A stretch of DNA of 63,555 nt, filler included, from Phoronis australis (Eukaryota > Animalia > Phoronida): NCBI GenBank assembly GCA_002633005.1. It is 7 parts of 7 records of this genome, joined end to end, with 100 filler letters (N's around TTAATTAATTAA, not from the genome) between each part and the next. Parts side by side here need not be neighbours in the genome. Positions count along the whole stretch, not along the records: positions 8,820 to 12,395 come from NMRA01000724.1; positions 12,496 to 24,176 come from NMRA01001683.1; 5 more parts are not named here. The stretch is one strand, 5' to 3'. The translations under genes were made by a program, and so were the position numbers. Under the pieces are notes generated by a model that saw nothing but the letters and a program-made list of their open reading frames with translations, searched no databases and was not told the origin of the DNA. Position 1 is the stretch's first letter, and each line of letters begins with the position of its first letter. Positions 11,558 to 23,796 of the stretch are shown here, in pieces.

Positions 11558-14500
11558 TTGACCCCCACAACTTGCGCAAATTCTTAACTGAAGCATGACT
11601 GTCAAACGGGATCCAGTAGCAAACACCTGTGGTCCCCAGTTGACGATTGTGGTGCCGGGTCACCATTTCTTTTTCGTGTGCACAAAATGCAAGCCTAGTG
11701 AAACACAATTAGGAGCTCGAAACGCCTAAGGTGTCGCCGATCTCGGCTGAAAATTGCATGAGTTTTCACGCTTGTATATTAGTGAGCACATCTCTTTTCT
11801 CAATATGAACACATATTCAGATATTAGAAAGATGACCTTCAATTTCTTGATCAATACCGCCACTAGTCTCCCAATGGACTACCCGTTGAAGTACATGTAC
11901 AATGTGATTACTATACAACGGATAAAACTTTATAATTGGGGACGTTTTAACAGAAATCTCTTTAAAATGATTAAAGCAATATATGATGTTACTTTTGTAA
12001 CTACATCTGTCTGTTATTGTAAGTAACTTGACTTTTTTCATAAAGATTTACCTATGTAAATGCAAACATAATTTATGTTAATTAAATAGAGCGAATGTGA
12101 GTGTGAATAAGTGTTCAACGTCCTTTCCTTTCCCTTCCCTCTTTCCTTTTATAATAATCTCATTTTATATGATTTTTAGTATGTAAATGTATTGAATTAA
12201 ATAGGTAAACTCCCGTTTAGTCCGGATTTTTACGATACCGGTTTTCATAGGCCTGGTATCAATCTTTTTTTTCCGTTAATCGCCAGGCGCAGTCTTTTGT
12301 CGGACGTAATGACACAAATGTCAGTTATCTCCCACGTTGAATGAATACATTAATGCAAACATGCATCAACTCAAAACTATTGTTAACAAACAAAANNNNN
12401 NNNNNNNNNNNNNNNNNNNNNNNNNNNNNNNNNNNNNNNTTAATTAATTAANNNNNNNNNNNNNNNNNNNNNNNNNNNNNNNNNNNNNNNNNNNNATCAT
12501 CTCTGTCAGAGTGTATTGTGTCTTCTGCTGTTTCTCTAAAGTTCCTTAGAAGTTCTTCATGAAAGTTGAAAGGATCCGATTGGCTAAGATGGATGACGAT
12601 GGTTTTCAAATAAATCAGACTGTTGAGTGTACCTCCTAGTGGCAATTTTATTTTTTCCGTTTACCTCGATCCGTGTCTTCAGTGCATCTGGCTTTCACTG
12701 CAATGATAGGCTGAAGTCTTTTTCAACATTATTCACCTCAACCAAATGTAGCCAAGTCTGCTAAACACAACATCCAACGTATGTCTTTTGTAATGTTGCA
12801 GCCAGTGCTGCAAAGCTTTGACTTGTGGCGAACTCTAGAGTCACTTTCAGACTCTCACACTCGTTGACTGGTTCAGTTAGTTCATAGCTGTCTCACTATT
12901 AACTCTTACTTCTAATCTTCCCACTCTGTGACTCACTCTCACTAACCCAGTGTCTGATTTATCCAGTGTGTTGCAATATTCTGGAATTTGTCATCGGTGT
13001 GTCCTCATTCTAGATTCGGAATCTACCCAGTCATTCTATAAATGCATGCTAGACTCTAGAATGTTCCAGACCATGGTTCTACACTGAGTCTCTAATATTG
13101 GGAAAGCTATTAGAATGTTCTGCAGGTTTTCTGTTATAATCAAATTACATCATTGTCCTGACATAACTAGGTCAGTCAATCAAGTGCTAACTGCTAGCAT
13201 AATCAAATAGAACATCTTAAGAAATCTCAAAGAGCTTAATTTAAACCAGTGTCAGTCTACTCTTGACAGTTTCCAAGGAGACCTCCACACCTTTCCATTT
13301 TCAGACTTATCAGATGTATTCTGCGGCACCTGGTGGCCATTTTTATTCTTTTTTAGTCGTTTTTTGGTGTCTGCCTCTTATCTGCCAACATATTTTCATG
13401 AAATTTCGGTGATAAGTTTCTACTATGGAGGTGACAGGCATGACGTATTTTGCGCTTCCTACTTGCCATTATTGGATGGTAATACCCCTAGAAGTATACC
13501 GTTTGCAGTGCAGTCGCGTGTACATGTACTTCAATACTTTGTGTTGCTCTTGTTTGTCAATCCTTCCTGATTCGACCCATTATAGAGATTGTAGTACACA
13601 AATTATTTAAAAACAAGTTTTTCTGAAATTGAAGTTCTGTTGTCCACCCACATAGTGCTGTCATGCCAAGAATTGTACGATGACACTGGGTTTACCTCAA
13701 AATCCAACTGCTGCCTGGTGATTTGGTTATTGGCCCAACTGTGTTGCACATCTAACAGAGGTATTGAGGAACATATTATTGCAACATTAAACAAACATTT
13801 TAGATTGTAAGTTACATTCCTTGTCCAATTTTCAAACTTAAAAACCTAATCGCATGTGCTTTTCAGGAACTATTCAAATATGATATTTACAAACTTTCTA
13901 AATGCTAACGTGTTTATGATGGGTCTCATTATCTAGAAAACAAAAGCAGCAGCCTGAGGCGATTTAATTAACAACAACAGCATGGTGTTTTTGATCTGAA
14001 CTGGCAAACTCTGTGGTGCACGAGCCGGTAGAGTTGCCCGGTCTTGACCGGTTAGGGAGTCAAAGTTGGCTTCTTTTCATGATGTTTTTCTTAGCCATTT
14101 CGCTCTAGTATTCCTTTATATCTTTGAATGATAAACTACAGTAACTCCACTATTTCATACAAATGTAGTTGCCAAAATTGCCCTTTACCCAGAGGCTGAG
14201 AGTCTTGCTGCAAATAATGGAAATTTATTAAATATGGTTTTGTGTCATCTAAACGGTAAAAATTAAGTTAACGATTTCCAAAAATATTCTTTGTTTTTGT
14301 GAAAAGACATCACGAGTCACTTGTCCGCCATTATTGTGTGCTAAATAGGTGACAAATTACCATTACCTTGCCACAAATGCATCAAAATTTTATGGAGTGT
14401 AGTTTCCTGTCTCTGCATATAAACATAAGTGAACCTGAATCTTGGTATGTTTTCTATTTATTCTGGAGAATTGGCAGTGAGAATAGAATTTCACTTCTTT

Positions 14501-16012
14501 GTGTGTTACAACTACCTGAAAAATTCAGTGGGTTTCAGTCACATTACATTCCAAATTTTCTTGCTATTCATTATTTGCAGTTTGAGACCATAATTACTTG
14601 GCGAAACCTTTTTGCATCATCGTGAAGTGGGAATGTAAGACCAAATTTATGTCTTGTCATTTTTGTAAAACGGGACCCAGGACCCCTGATCACCAAACTG
14701 TACTCTATTCGATTCATCAATTTTTTACCTATATATCAGAAATTCGACAAAATTGCGTATAAACACGTCTAAGAGTCTGTGTACTAAAAAAGTTCACACA
14801 GACTTGGTGTACATGAAGTTTGTATTTTAAGAAGCATTGCATCAGTAGCTCTGTTTCCACCAATGCTGCCTCTGTTGCCCAGATGTAATGTTTATCCAAT
14901 TTCTGGGTAAGTAATGATATCTATTGCAATTATTTAATATATTCATGAAATAAATTTTGAAGAAAATGATCAGTCACTGTCAATTTTAGATGTGTACATT
15001 TAGAAATGCAATATTACTTTAGAAATAACCCACTCATGGCTACAGACTTCATTCTCCAGTTCTCTGACAGACTGTAGTTTGCAATGAAACTGTCCAACAC
15101 ATGATTCAGGCAAAATTAGACTTCGAAAACTAACTTACCGAGCCATTTCCTGATGACAGCACCTAGCGCTTTTTGGCCAATCACACAACAGTATTGCCAT
15201 CTTTATATTCACCTCTAATTGACAGCTTTCCTCTATGACATAAGCCTAATATTCTGTGTTTAAATTGGCCAACTGGTCAGTGATTTGAAATTTGGTATAT
15301 TCTGTATGGAAACCGAGACGACTAATCAATACCAACTGGGTGAGTGTCTTGTTTTGGTTGACGCGTTTGTGTTCTGAATAACTTTGCATACCTTTTTATA
15401 AGACAATTTTTATGGATTGTTAAAAAGTAAACTTACGAAGGTGGTCACTTAAGTAAGGAGTGATTTTAAAATGTATCTGGAAAATTTTGCCAGACCAGTG
15501 TGTAGCTATACAGTGACTGAAGATGACTTGTCATGTTCAGGGAGAAACAGTGCTGTTGAAATGTAATATGCGATTACCGTGGATTATGTTTAGTAACAAT
15601 TACTGGATTTTGTATGCAGTAAAATCTCGCCAATTTTGCTGAAAAAATAACTGCCAAAACTGTTCATTTTTAAAAGACTTAGCATTTTTGTGAACCTTCA
15701 TAATTTTTCAAAACGTCTGATTATGGTACAACTTGGAAATGGTTGAGCGTTTCTTGGATGCTTCATCATTCATTAAAAAAGTGAGAAAAGAAAACGTCCT
15801 CTGTCGGGCATATTGTGTTCTTAATTGGTCAGATTTTATCATAATTCTAAGTGTATATGTGAAGTCTTATTCTATTAAGAACTTAGAAGATTCAATTGAA
15901 ATTGCCATTTCCAAGGATTCTAAACTGTTTGGCTTTCTTGGTTTTGTGGACACTTAACTGTCGGTTACTGGCAATAAAACTCAAGTTGTGTTTCTGTATC
16001 TTTTCCATAGGC

Positions 16013-16055
16013 ATGTCAACATTAATGGTTTGGATGGTCAATCTCATCATGTTAG
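16013..16055 (+). CDS. CUB-CUB-LDLa protein, signal-peptide exon (MSTLMVWMVNLIML-G)
   Basis: Acceptor TTTTCCATAG ends at 16010 and donor GTAGGT starts at 16056. The phase 1 join gives hydrophobic ...LIMLGYA-CD. Confidence 0.75.
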
Positions 16056-16540
16056 GTAGGTGTAATTATTCCCTTCTCATCGGGAATACGGAACTCGTAC
16101 CGGTAATAGATAATGTCCATGGTACTTAACTGTGGTTTCATAAAATATCTGGTTTAAGCTAAGAAGTGTGCGTAGTGGATGAGGGCGGTTACTCAGATGG
16201 TCAGTGAATGCGACAGATGCGCGTGCAAAAATCAATTAAACTGAGGATGGGCGTTCAAAAGTGAAAATGGGCGTTTAATGGGATAAGTATGGTACTATTT
16301 TGTCCTCAATTAACCACAAAATTTTCTGGTACACGAAATAATTAACATTAAGGGAAAAGAGACTTAGTCCACTATCATCTTAGTAACCATTTTAATGCAG
16401 TCTTGACCACCACTTTTGTGAAAAGATTCCATGTTACCACGTAATTTCCGTATACCCCAGTGTTTTTGATTGCTTAAGGTTATGTCATAATTTAAAGATT
16501 GTCTGATGTCGTTGATCAAATAGCGTACGATTGTTTACAG

Positions 16541-16721
16541 GGTATGCTTGTGATAAATTCTTCTCCAAAACTCATCAGCGGCGAGGTGTGTTTAGCTCAC
16601 CCTATTATCCCAATGTCTATCGGGGTGAGGAGGTGTGCAAGTACATGTTCAATGTAGCCAGCGATCACTGGGTCTCCCTCTCATTCGAAGTGGTCAATCT
16701 TCATCCCGTTGACAAGCAAGG
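16541..16721 (+). CDS. CUB-CUB-LDLa protein, CUB1 N-half
   Basis: CDKFF...GVFSSPYYPNVY...CKYMF...VSLSF; acceptor TTTACAG, donor GTAGGT; phases 1/2. Confidence 0.92.
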
Positions 16722-17759
16722 GTAGGTGTCGGTTTGTGTCCGTTTTGGCATTTTTATTTTCTAATAGTTTCGCTTACAGGTATAATAAACTCCGTGATTT
16801 AACCATGCATTTAACCACATGCTATTTATTGCCTGATAATTTTAACAGAATATTAAAGCCCCATGCTGCACAGTATTTGAAAACTCCTGTTTTGGTTTAT
16901 GTTTCCGACTAGACCCTTTGTTTTGTTTTACCGTAGTAATGGTGCAAATTGGCACTACTAATTACAGGTAATAAAACCATGCTTTTAACTTTCTTCGTTG
17001 ATTTCTTCCTTTGAAAAATTCACCTTGGCTAACTTGATTTATTCGAGTCTTTGAAGTTTCCGATTTCGGCTTGACCTCTTGTTGCATACTCAATCGATGT
17101 CAATTTAATTTAGAACTCTTAAACCATAAAATCTCACACATTTAGGGCAATATGGCGGAATGGAATTTTATTTCTTTTTACCATATGAGATGAAGCAACA
17201 CTGAAACAATTACTTTTAATAATGTTCCATGCCATAGCTGTCATCAGGGTTTGAGATATTGTTGACCTTTCCAACTAAGTTAAAATCCTTAGTAAAGATG
17301 AAATTTGGCAAATATTTTTTTTCCGAAATTGATGAAATTTTAAGCTGTTTGATATGTTTTGGAATGCATGTCATTGTAATTAACTAAACTCTGAGATCAA
17401 ACCCTAAAATGTCAATGGACGTGACATAATNAACAACAGACCAATGCGAAGGCTGGAAAAACGTCGTGTAGTCCTGCACGAGGGAATAATGGAATAGACC
17501 AAGATGAAGGGGAAAAGGAGTATGGCGGGTCCATATGCTCACATAGATATATTTAACGAGTGAAATACCATTTATGATCGACATATGTCCTTAGATTATC
17601 TGTTACTTTTACTATTAACAATTGAGAAATAACTGAAAATTCAGAAAAGCATAATTTTCTGAAAGAATAAACACAAAATATAAACTTTCAAGTTTATAGT
17701 GTGTTATGAGTAAATTAGGTCTCGGCATTGTAAGTTCACCATTTCATTCAACTCTTCAT

Positions 17760-18300
17760 GTAGGATATCTCGGGCTGTGTAGCAAACATCCTGTGAAAAG
17801 GAGTATTAATGTTACCTAACTGTCATGGACAAGATCATTGGTGATATGCCGGTGCACTTATCCCGTCCTCAGACCATCCCCCTGACAGCCTGTAAGCATC
17901 TGGTTTGACGACACATGGGCAGGGCTCTTGTAGTGACTTTTAGCAGTCGGCTACCATCGTTGGACTCAGCTAGTTTGGACGGAGTCTGCTCGACTGTGTG
18001 TTGATGAGCCAGAAGCTTAACATGAGGCGAGTATCAAGCAGATGGGTTGGTTAGTGATGCATGAACCAGCGAGGTAATCTGCACGCTCGTTAATCAAGAC
18101 ATCGGCGTGGCCAGGTACGAAAGACCAGGTCACAGTGTAATGATGGTGGCGTGATCGGAAGACACCTCAGTGTTAGTTGGGAGACTTCCAGACTGAAGTT
18201 TCATCAGCACCGCCATAGAATCAGTGGCAAAGATAATGGTGTAGTTCTCCAGGTCTGGTTCTCCAGGTGAAATGGGGTGTTACTGATGCACAGAGACTGA
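17760..18300 (-). mobile_element. Degenerate LINE fragment with RNase H domain (I-group-like), intronic
   Basis: The minus strand translates to TIIFATDSMAVL and, after a frameshift, VTWSFVPGHADVLINERADYLA. These match the RNase H motifs TDS and PGH..NE.AD.LA. Boundaries are approximate. Confidence 0.75.
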
Positions 18301-18452
18301 TCCTTTAGTTTTGTGAACCTCAATCGCGAAGGCTGTATAATTATTCAATTTATTTTGCACACCCTGACTATCAGGAAAAAAATATTTACATACCCGGTAC
18401 AGATAGTTTGTTTTGTGTGAAGTAAGTGAAAAACTGACCATATTTGTTGCAG

Positions 18453-18646
18453 GTTATGCACAGAGGAATCTATTAAAATATACTTCTACAACAGTGAGAT
18501 GAAGAAGACAGTGACTCACCATTTCTGTGGACAAATGATTCCCAAGCCATTCATCACAAGCTCAACTTCAGTTCAGGTCATTTATTCTAAGACCCGTGGC
18601 ATGTCATATCTGGGGTTCTTTGGAACATATGAATTTATCAATGAAT
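18453..18646 (+). CDS. CUB-CUB-LDLa protein, CUB1 C-half
   Basis: LCTEESIKIY...FCGQMIPKPFITSS...GFFGTYEF; acceptor TTGCAG, donor GTAAGT; phases 2/1. Confidence 0.92.
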
Positions 18647-19761
18647 GTAAGTACTGTATGAGAGACTTTACCAAGCAATCTCAAAAGGTCATTTGGCTCT
18701 AATGACTACTGCTGCCATCTGGCTGTATGGAGCGGTAATATTGCTTCGTGTTGGGAATGGAAGCTCCCACTATCAATACAGTAGGGGTGCGCTTATTGTA
18801 ACCTAAGGTGGTCCAACCTGGGTGAAATCGAAAGCTAGGATTCATCAAATTTACGTACTATCACTCAGCTGTAACCTATGACAGATGTTCTACAAAACTG
18901 GGGTGCACTTCATTGTTAAATTAGATCGTTTCACACAAAATTGTACTGAAATTCCAGGGTGACAACTTGCCGATGCGTCACTGGCTCGCGATCGTCGATA
19001 TTGCAACTTAAATAAAACTACAATTTTGACTGAACAAATTAGCTGAAGTCCTCACTTAAGTTTTCCAAATAGCGTCCCGAAGTTTGAATAACAGCAGGTT
19101 AAGTCCAAATCTGCGCAAGATGATTCTGGTTAAGTTTGTGATTATCTACACGACCTTGAGGTTTTTTCAAATGTGAGAGTCAATGGTTCTGCGTTATCAG
19201 TCTTCTAGATTTTTTTTGTAAGAGTCCCTTTTTGTCAACCATTATTGAAAAAGTGAACTTAGTAGAATGGTAAAAAAATCTTCAGAGCTTGTACCAGATT
19301 TTAGGAATAGACATTGGTTGTCCCAAATTCAAGAATGACGATCTGTGAGAAACCATAATTCGCCTTGATATGACGCATTATCGGGATGCTCGAAAATCAA
19401 AATGTTCCATCAACAGCCACTGTTGACAATTTTAAGGACTGACAGTGTATTATCAGACTCTTGACACTCTGTTGATACGAAGTGCAGTGTCCGATATTTG
19501 AGAATTATGATGAATACTACAATTGCTCAGAGTCAAGCATTGGTTCTTTTGTCACGGTTAGTTGGATGTCTTAGGTCTTACACTTTAGTTTTGTGTGAAA
19601 CTTGCTGTGGTATCTGTGCTAATCACAGTCTTAATTATGATGATGATTTCCATGGCGATATCCTCTTGAGGGTAGAATAATTTAGATTGATTTTATATCC
19701 ACTCCATGTATTCTTCGTCAGTGGTTGTATTAGACTAACCGCGCTATTTAATGTTTTTCAG

Positions 19762-19947
19762 CCGTCAAAATCTTCCCACATTCTAACCAGAAATGTGGCG
19801 AGTCTTTAGTCACTGGTATTGGGGGAGTGTTACAGTCTCCAGGATGGCCTGACCTCTACTGGACGAGAGAACACTGTGCTTGGATCATCAAGGTGAAGCC
19901 CAATCAACAAATTTTGCTCTCCTTGAGGGACATGAATCTGCCCTTGG
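19762..19947 (+). CDS. CUB-CUB-LDLa protein, CUB2 N-part
   Basis: CGESLVTGIGGVLQSPGWPDLY...CAWIIKV...ILLSL; acceptor TTTTTCAG, donor GTAAGT; phases 1/1. Confidence 0.92.
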
Positions 19948-20614
19948 GTAAGTTCTATGGTGCGAAAAGGTTGAATCTAAAATTTTATCATTATGGTCTC
20001 GGACATCAGCATTTCATTCAATTTTAATAAATTTGGATAAGTATTTTAGTCATGCGAGTATATTTTTCTTTGTTATTGTTTTGTCACAAAACAAAACTAC
20101 TTGTGTTTTTTGTCTCCCACTACAAACGAAACAACTAGGAACAAAAAGTTGTTTTGATCGCGTAGAAAAAGATTTAAAAAGTTGACATGGGTTTGGTTTT
20201 GATTACACATTGTGGCAGCTCATACAGCACACTCTACTGGTCAAATTCAGTACTAGATTCACGCATCTCAATAGTTCATTACACACGCCCAGCTTCAGAA
20301 AATCTTGAACTGTTGTTATGTTGTGCTCAGCTGGTCTTAGGGCTGGTTAATAAGTTTTTGGCCAGAACAACTGCTACATTTTGTTAGCCACATTTTTATC
20401 ACGCCTGTCAACAGAATGCATAAGCTGAATTACAGGGGTAGTTAAGTATGCGCGTATTGCCTTTGTGTGCTATCTGGACCTATCTCTTTGTAGAGTGTAG
20501 CGCTTTTGGATTTCTTACCCCCAGGTTTGACAGCGATATGCTAATCTGTTGTCATTGCTACATTCCATACAGTATTCTACCATATAGTGCATCTGGTATG
20601 TTACTCGGTTACAG

Positions 20615-20756
20615 GCCACTGTGATATTGTCCATGTGTCGATCTATGAAGGTTTAGCCGACCCAGACACTGCAGCGGACATCAAATTCTGCGGAAAATTG
20701 TCTTCCATTCCAACAGAACGGGATTATTTGACTTCAAAATCACGTGCAACTATAAG
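20615..20756 (+). CDS. CUB-CUB-LDLa protein, CUB2 middle
   Basis: HCDIVHVSIYEG...KFCGK...ATIR; acceptor TTACAG, donor GTATAA; phases 1/2. Confidence 0.9.
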
Positions 20757-21126
20757 GTATAACCGTGAATGAATCACCTTTCATTTGATAAACCCCTGAT
20801 TTTATCCCTCGTTATAAAAAGTTGTGAGTTACGACCTTTGCTTAAATCATTACAGTAAAAATTCTCCAGTTTGGACAGTCTCGAAAACTTGGGACAAAGA
20901 AATTCAAGCTGAAATTGAACTTTTTGATTCTAAAGATTGGCACGTGGGTTTTTTGCCATTTTTCCTATTTCTCAAAAATCAGACATTGGCTTTTATGACA
21001 CAAATAGATTTTGGCAGTTCACAAAGTCATTGAATTAGTCCCAAATGCAATGTTCTCACACGTTCCCATAGTGTATAATGTTGAGAAACAATAAATAAAT
21101 CTACTACTGGACTTACGTATGTAGAG

Positions 21127-21169
21127 ATGGCTACGTTGCGTCCTCCTCTCGAGGACTTCATCAGGCCAC
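21127..21169 (-). ncRNA. Minimal hammerhead ribozyme motif (variant core), Penelope-associated
   Basis: Exact reverse complement of the motif at 21592-21634. Confidence 0.7.
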
Positions 21170-21591
21170 TGAGTTGTCACGTGACTTGTCATGTGATCCG
21201 TCGTGTAGTTTCTGCGGGATTCTCTTCAGTGCCCTATCCCATGTCCTAGGTAAGTGAAACCGCAGCCCCCCCTGTCTATTGAGGCTAGGATTTTCGATTC
21301 TCTCATAGATAGCTTCTTTGACCCCTCTCCGAAACCAATTCTCTTCTCTATCCAGGATCTTCACATCTTCCATGGCGAAAGAGTGGTCCGTGGAAGCCAT
21401 GTGAGTAAAAATTGCAGAATCATAGCAGTCCCCATAAAAAAAAGAAGCTATCTACGAGAGAATCGAGAATCCTAGCCTCAATAGACAGGGGGGGGCTGCG
21501 GTTTCACTTACCTAGGACATGGGATAGGGCACTGAAGAGAATCCTGCGGAAACTACACGACGGATCACATGACAAGTCACGTGACAACTCA

Positions 21592-21634
21592 GTGGCCTGA
21601 TGAAGTCCTCGAGAGGAGGACGCAACGTAGCCAT
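21592..21634 (+). ncRNA. Minimal hammerhead ribozyme motif (variant core), Penelope-associated
   Basis: GTGGC-CTGATGA-A-GTCCTC-GAGAG-GAGGAC-GCAAC-GTA-GCCAT: stem I, CUGAUGA core, stem II, GCAAC in place of GAAAC, palindromic ACGT minimal stem III and a GUA cleavage triplet. Confidence 0.7.
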
Positions 21635-22619
21635 CTCTACATACGTAAGTCCAGTAGTAGATTTATTTATTGTTTCTTATATTGCCCAACTGGATGACTG
21701 AAAACATTCATTGTATAATGTTGAGGTGAGATTCATCATTTGTTGTCTATTGCAAACAATGAATTTGATATTATGTAATATTGCCTATGTCTAAAATTTG
21801 GTTCAAGGCATGCTGCAACCTTGAGGAAAATAATAATACATTCTTGTCACAAACTGGATAATTTTCACCATACATAAAGATGCTGCCACTTCACCAACAG
21901 CAAGGTGAGAAATTCAGTTAGAAAACCTTTCTGCTTGAGAAGAATCCTATGTTGACACCCGTCACCGGGTGAGATTTGGCAATCGGACTGGTTTGCGTAG
22001 CTCAGAATATACCAGCATTGATCAAAGACACCATGTTGTTGAACATCGCCTCAGGCTGCTGATGTTATACTTCTCTAGATAATTAGACATATCAAAAACA
22101 CACAAACACTGGTGCGACAATAGCATTTTTAGATTTTCGTTTTGAAAATTTGTAAATAGCATAACTTTTTAAATAGTTCGTGAAAAGTAGATGTGATTAG
22201 GTTTTTGAATTTTGAAAATCAGACATGAAATGTGACTTTTACTTAGTTACCAAACCACAGGCAGTATTTGAATTTTTAGATAAGCCAAGTGTCATCGTAC
22301 AATTCTTGGCATGGCAAATCATGAAATACTTCAAACTGGTTAATGGTGGTTTTTATGCTTTGATATTGTATTTTGACAGAATCAAAGTATTCTCCTTTAT
22401 CACGAAAATGTCGTTTTCAAAAGATCGAAAATGTTGGTGTCATGCCACCAAATGTTTTGTACTGTTGCCACCAGTTGGCAGCAGAGGTTGTCTGTCTCAT
22501 GTCTCTGGCTTACATCACTTTGCAATAATTGCCCATAGTATGAAATTATGACTAGCATTTTGCAGACAGTCGCAGATGTCAGTTGTGTAGTAATGTTCTG
22601 TTTTTAACCGTTTTTACAG

Positions 22620-22699
22620 GTTTTACTCTGGAGATAAGAATCCTGGACAGTCTGGAGGATTTAAGCTCTCCTGGACAGCAGTAACACTACCTTCCTCTG
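22620..22699 (+). CDS. CUB-CUB-LDLa protein, CUB2 end
   Basis: RFYSGDKNPGQSGGFKLSWTAV; acceptor TTTTTACAG, donor GTAGGC; phases 2/1. Confidence 0.9.
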
Positions 22700-23202
22700 G
22701 TAGGCACAGACGAGGGTCGAATTTTAGAAGAATTTATTGTTGTTTGAAGCACTGTAGTTTCAGTAACAGGAAACAATGCGAATCTATTCCTTGGAACATT
22801 AATTGGTGCTTAAGTATAAGTATCTGCAGTCACCGTTTAATTAAGCAAAATTGTGAAACTGTTACAAACCTGGCAACCATTGCAATATCTACATAGAGTC
22901 TGCACTTTGTTCAGGCTACGTTGAATCGTGAAATTTGTTTTTTATTTGCCAAAATTCTCTTACATCGTTTTTGAACCTCAGCATGATAAATGCATGATTG
23001 CCCAATTAATGGCATTGTTAAGCTTAACTTTGCATAATGGCTACACTCTGCTGCGTTGGTTTCTAAGTTATTTGGTCGAAGAATTGTTTGCCAGTCACAT
23101 TGCCGATATTATATTTAAGTGGAAATTTATTTTGAACATTTTCTCAAAAAATATCACAAAAATTTTAGCCTATTTCTTATTTGGTTTTTACTGTTCAGAT
23201 GG

Positions 23203-23480
23203 CTGGGGGTCACTCATATTGAAAAGGTGCCTGCAGGCGTATACCAAAAATTGCTGAGAAACCCTGTATTGCAGGTGCTACTGGTCTGTTAATTCCTGCT
23301 CCCTTTTGTGAGGTAGATTTTTCTGCCTCACCCCCTTTTGCGAGGTAGCTTTTTTCTGCTCCACCCCTTTTGCGGGGACGAAATGGAAATTTAGGGGCCT
23401 GTTAGACCCTGCATGGGACCTGTAAAACTTGCTGAAAAACTACCGCCTACCCACACCTTGTCAGTGTGAGTGATCCCGGG
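23203..23480. mobile_element. Small MITE, intronic
   Basis: CTGGGGGTCACTCA...TGAGTGATCCCGGG inverted ends with three internal CCCTTTTG(C/T)G(A/G)GG repeats. Confidence 0.55.
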
Positions 23481-23637
23481 GGTTCACATTTATGATATTT
23501 GAGAATATTCCCATAGTTTGCCTCAACTGATTAGCCTTTAGAGTATCGAAAAATGGCAATTTTGACAATACCTTTTATACAAAGGAAGTGAAGAATTGCA
23601 GTTATTTGAAATTTAACTATTTTTGTGCTTATTGCAG

Positions 23638-23796
23638 CTGGTGCTTGTCCTGGTTTCTACTGTGAAGGTGGTAAGGTGTGTCTGGACGTGAGTGGACAGC
23701 TGTGTAGACCGTTGCCACGGTACTGTATTGACCAATCACAAGCCTGCAATGGAGTACCAAACTGTGGTGCCATCGACTCCAGCGATGAAGAAGGTT
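23638..23796 (+). CDS. CUB-CUB-LDLa protein, LDL-receptor class A exon
   Basis: ACPGFYCEGGKVCLDVSGQLCRPLPRYCIDQSQACNGVPNCGAIDSSDEEG(C) carries the LDLa signature CI...CNG..NC...DSSDE..C; acceptor TTGCAG, donor GTAAGT. Confidence 0.9.

Larger units (their letters stand above)
21086..21711. mobile_element. Truncated Penelope-like retroelement with inverted pseudo-LTRs, intronic
   Basis: GIY-YIG C-terminal peptide (KILDREENWFRRGVKEAIY...PSLNRQGG) at 21161-21400 on the minus strand. Inverted arms 21084-21319 and 21441-21677, a 34-nt tail at 21678-21711, and a 14-bp TSD TGTATAATGTTGAG at 21072-21085 and 21712-21725. Confidence 0.92.

Noticed and set aside
12789-13163. Possible solo LTR (TG...CA, GAAnnTTC-rich)
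   Set aside because: No TSD, primer-binding site or second copy is visible.
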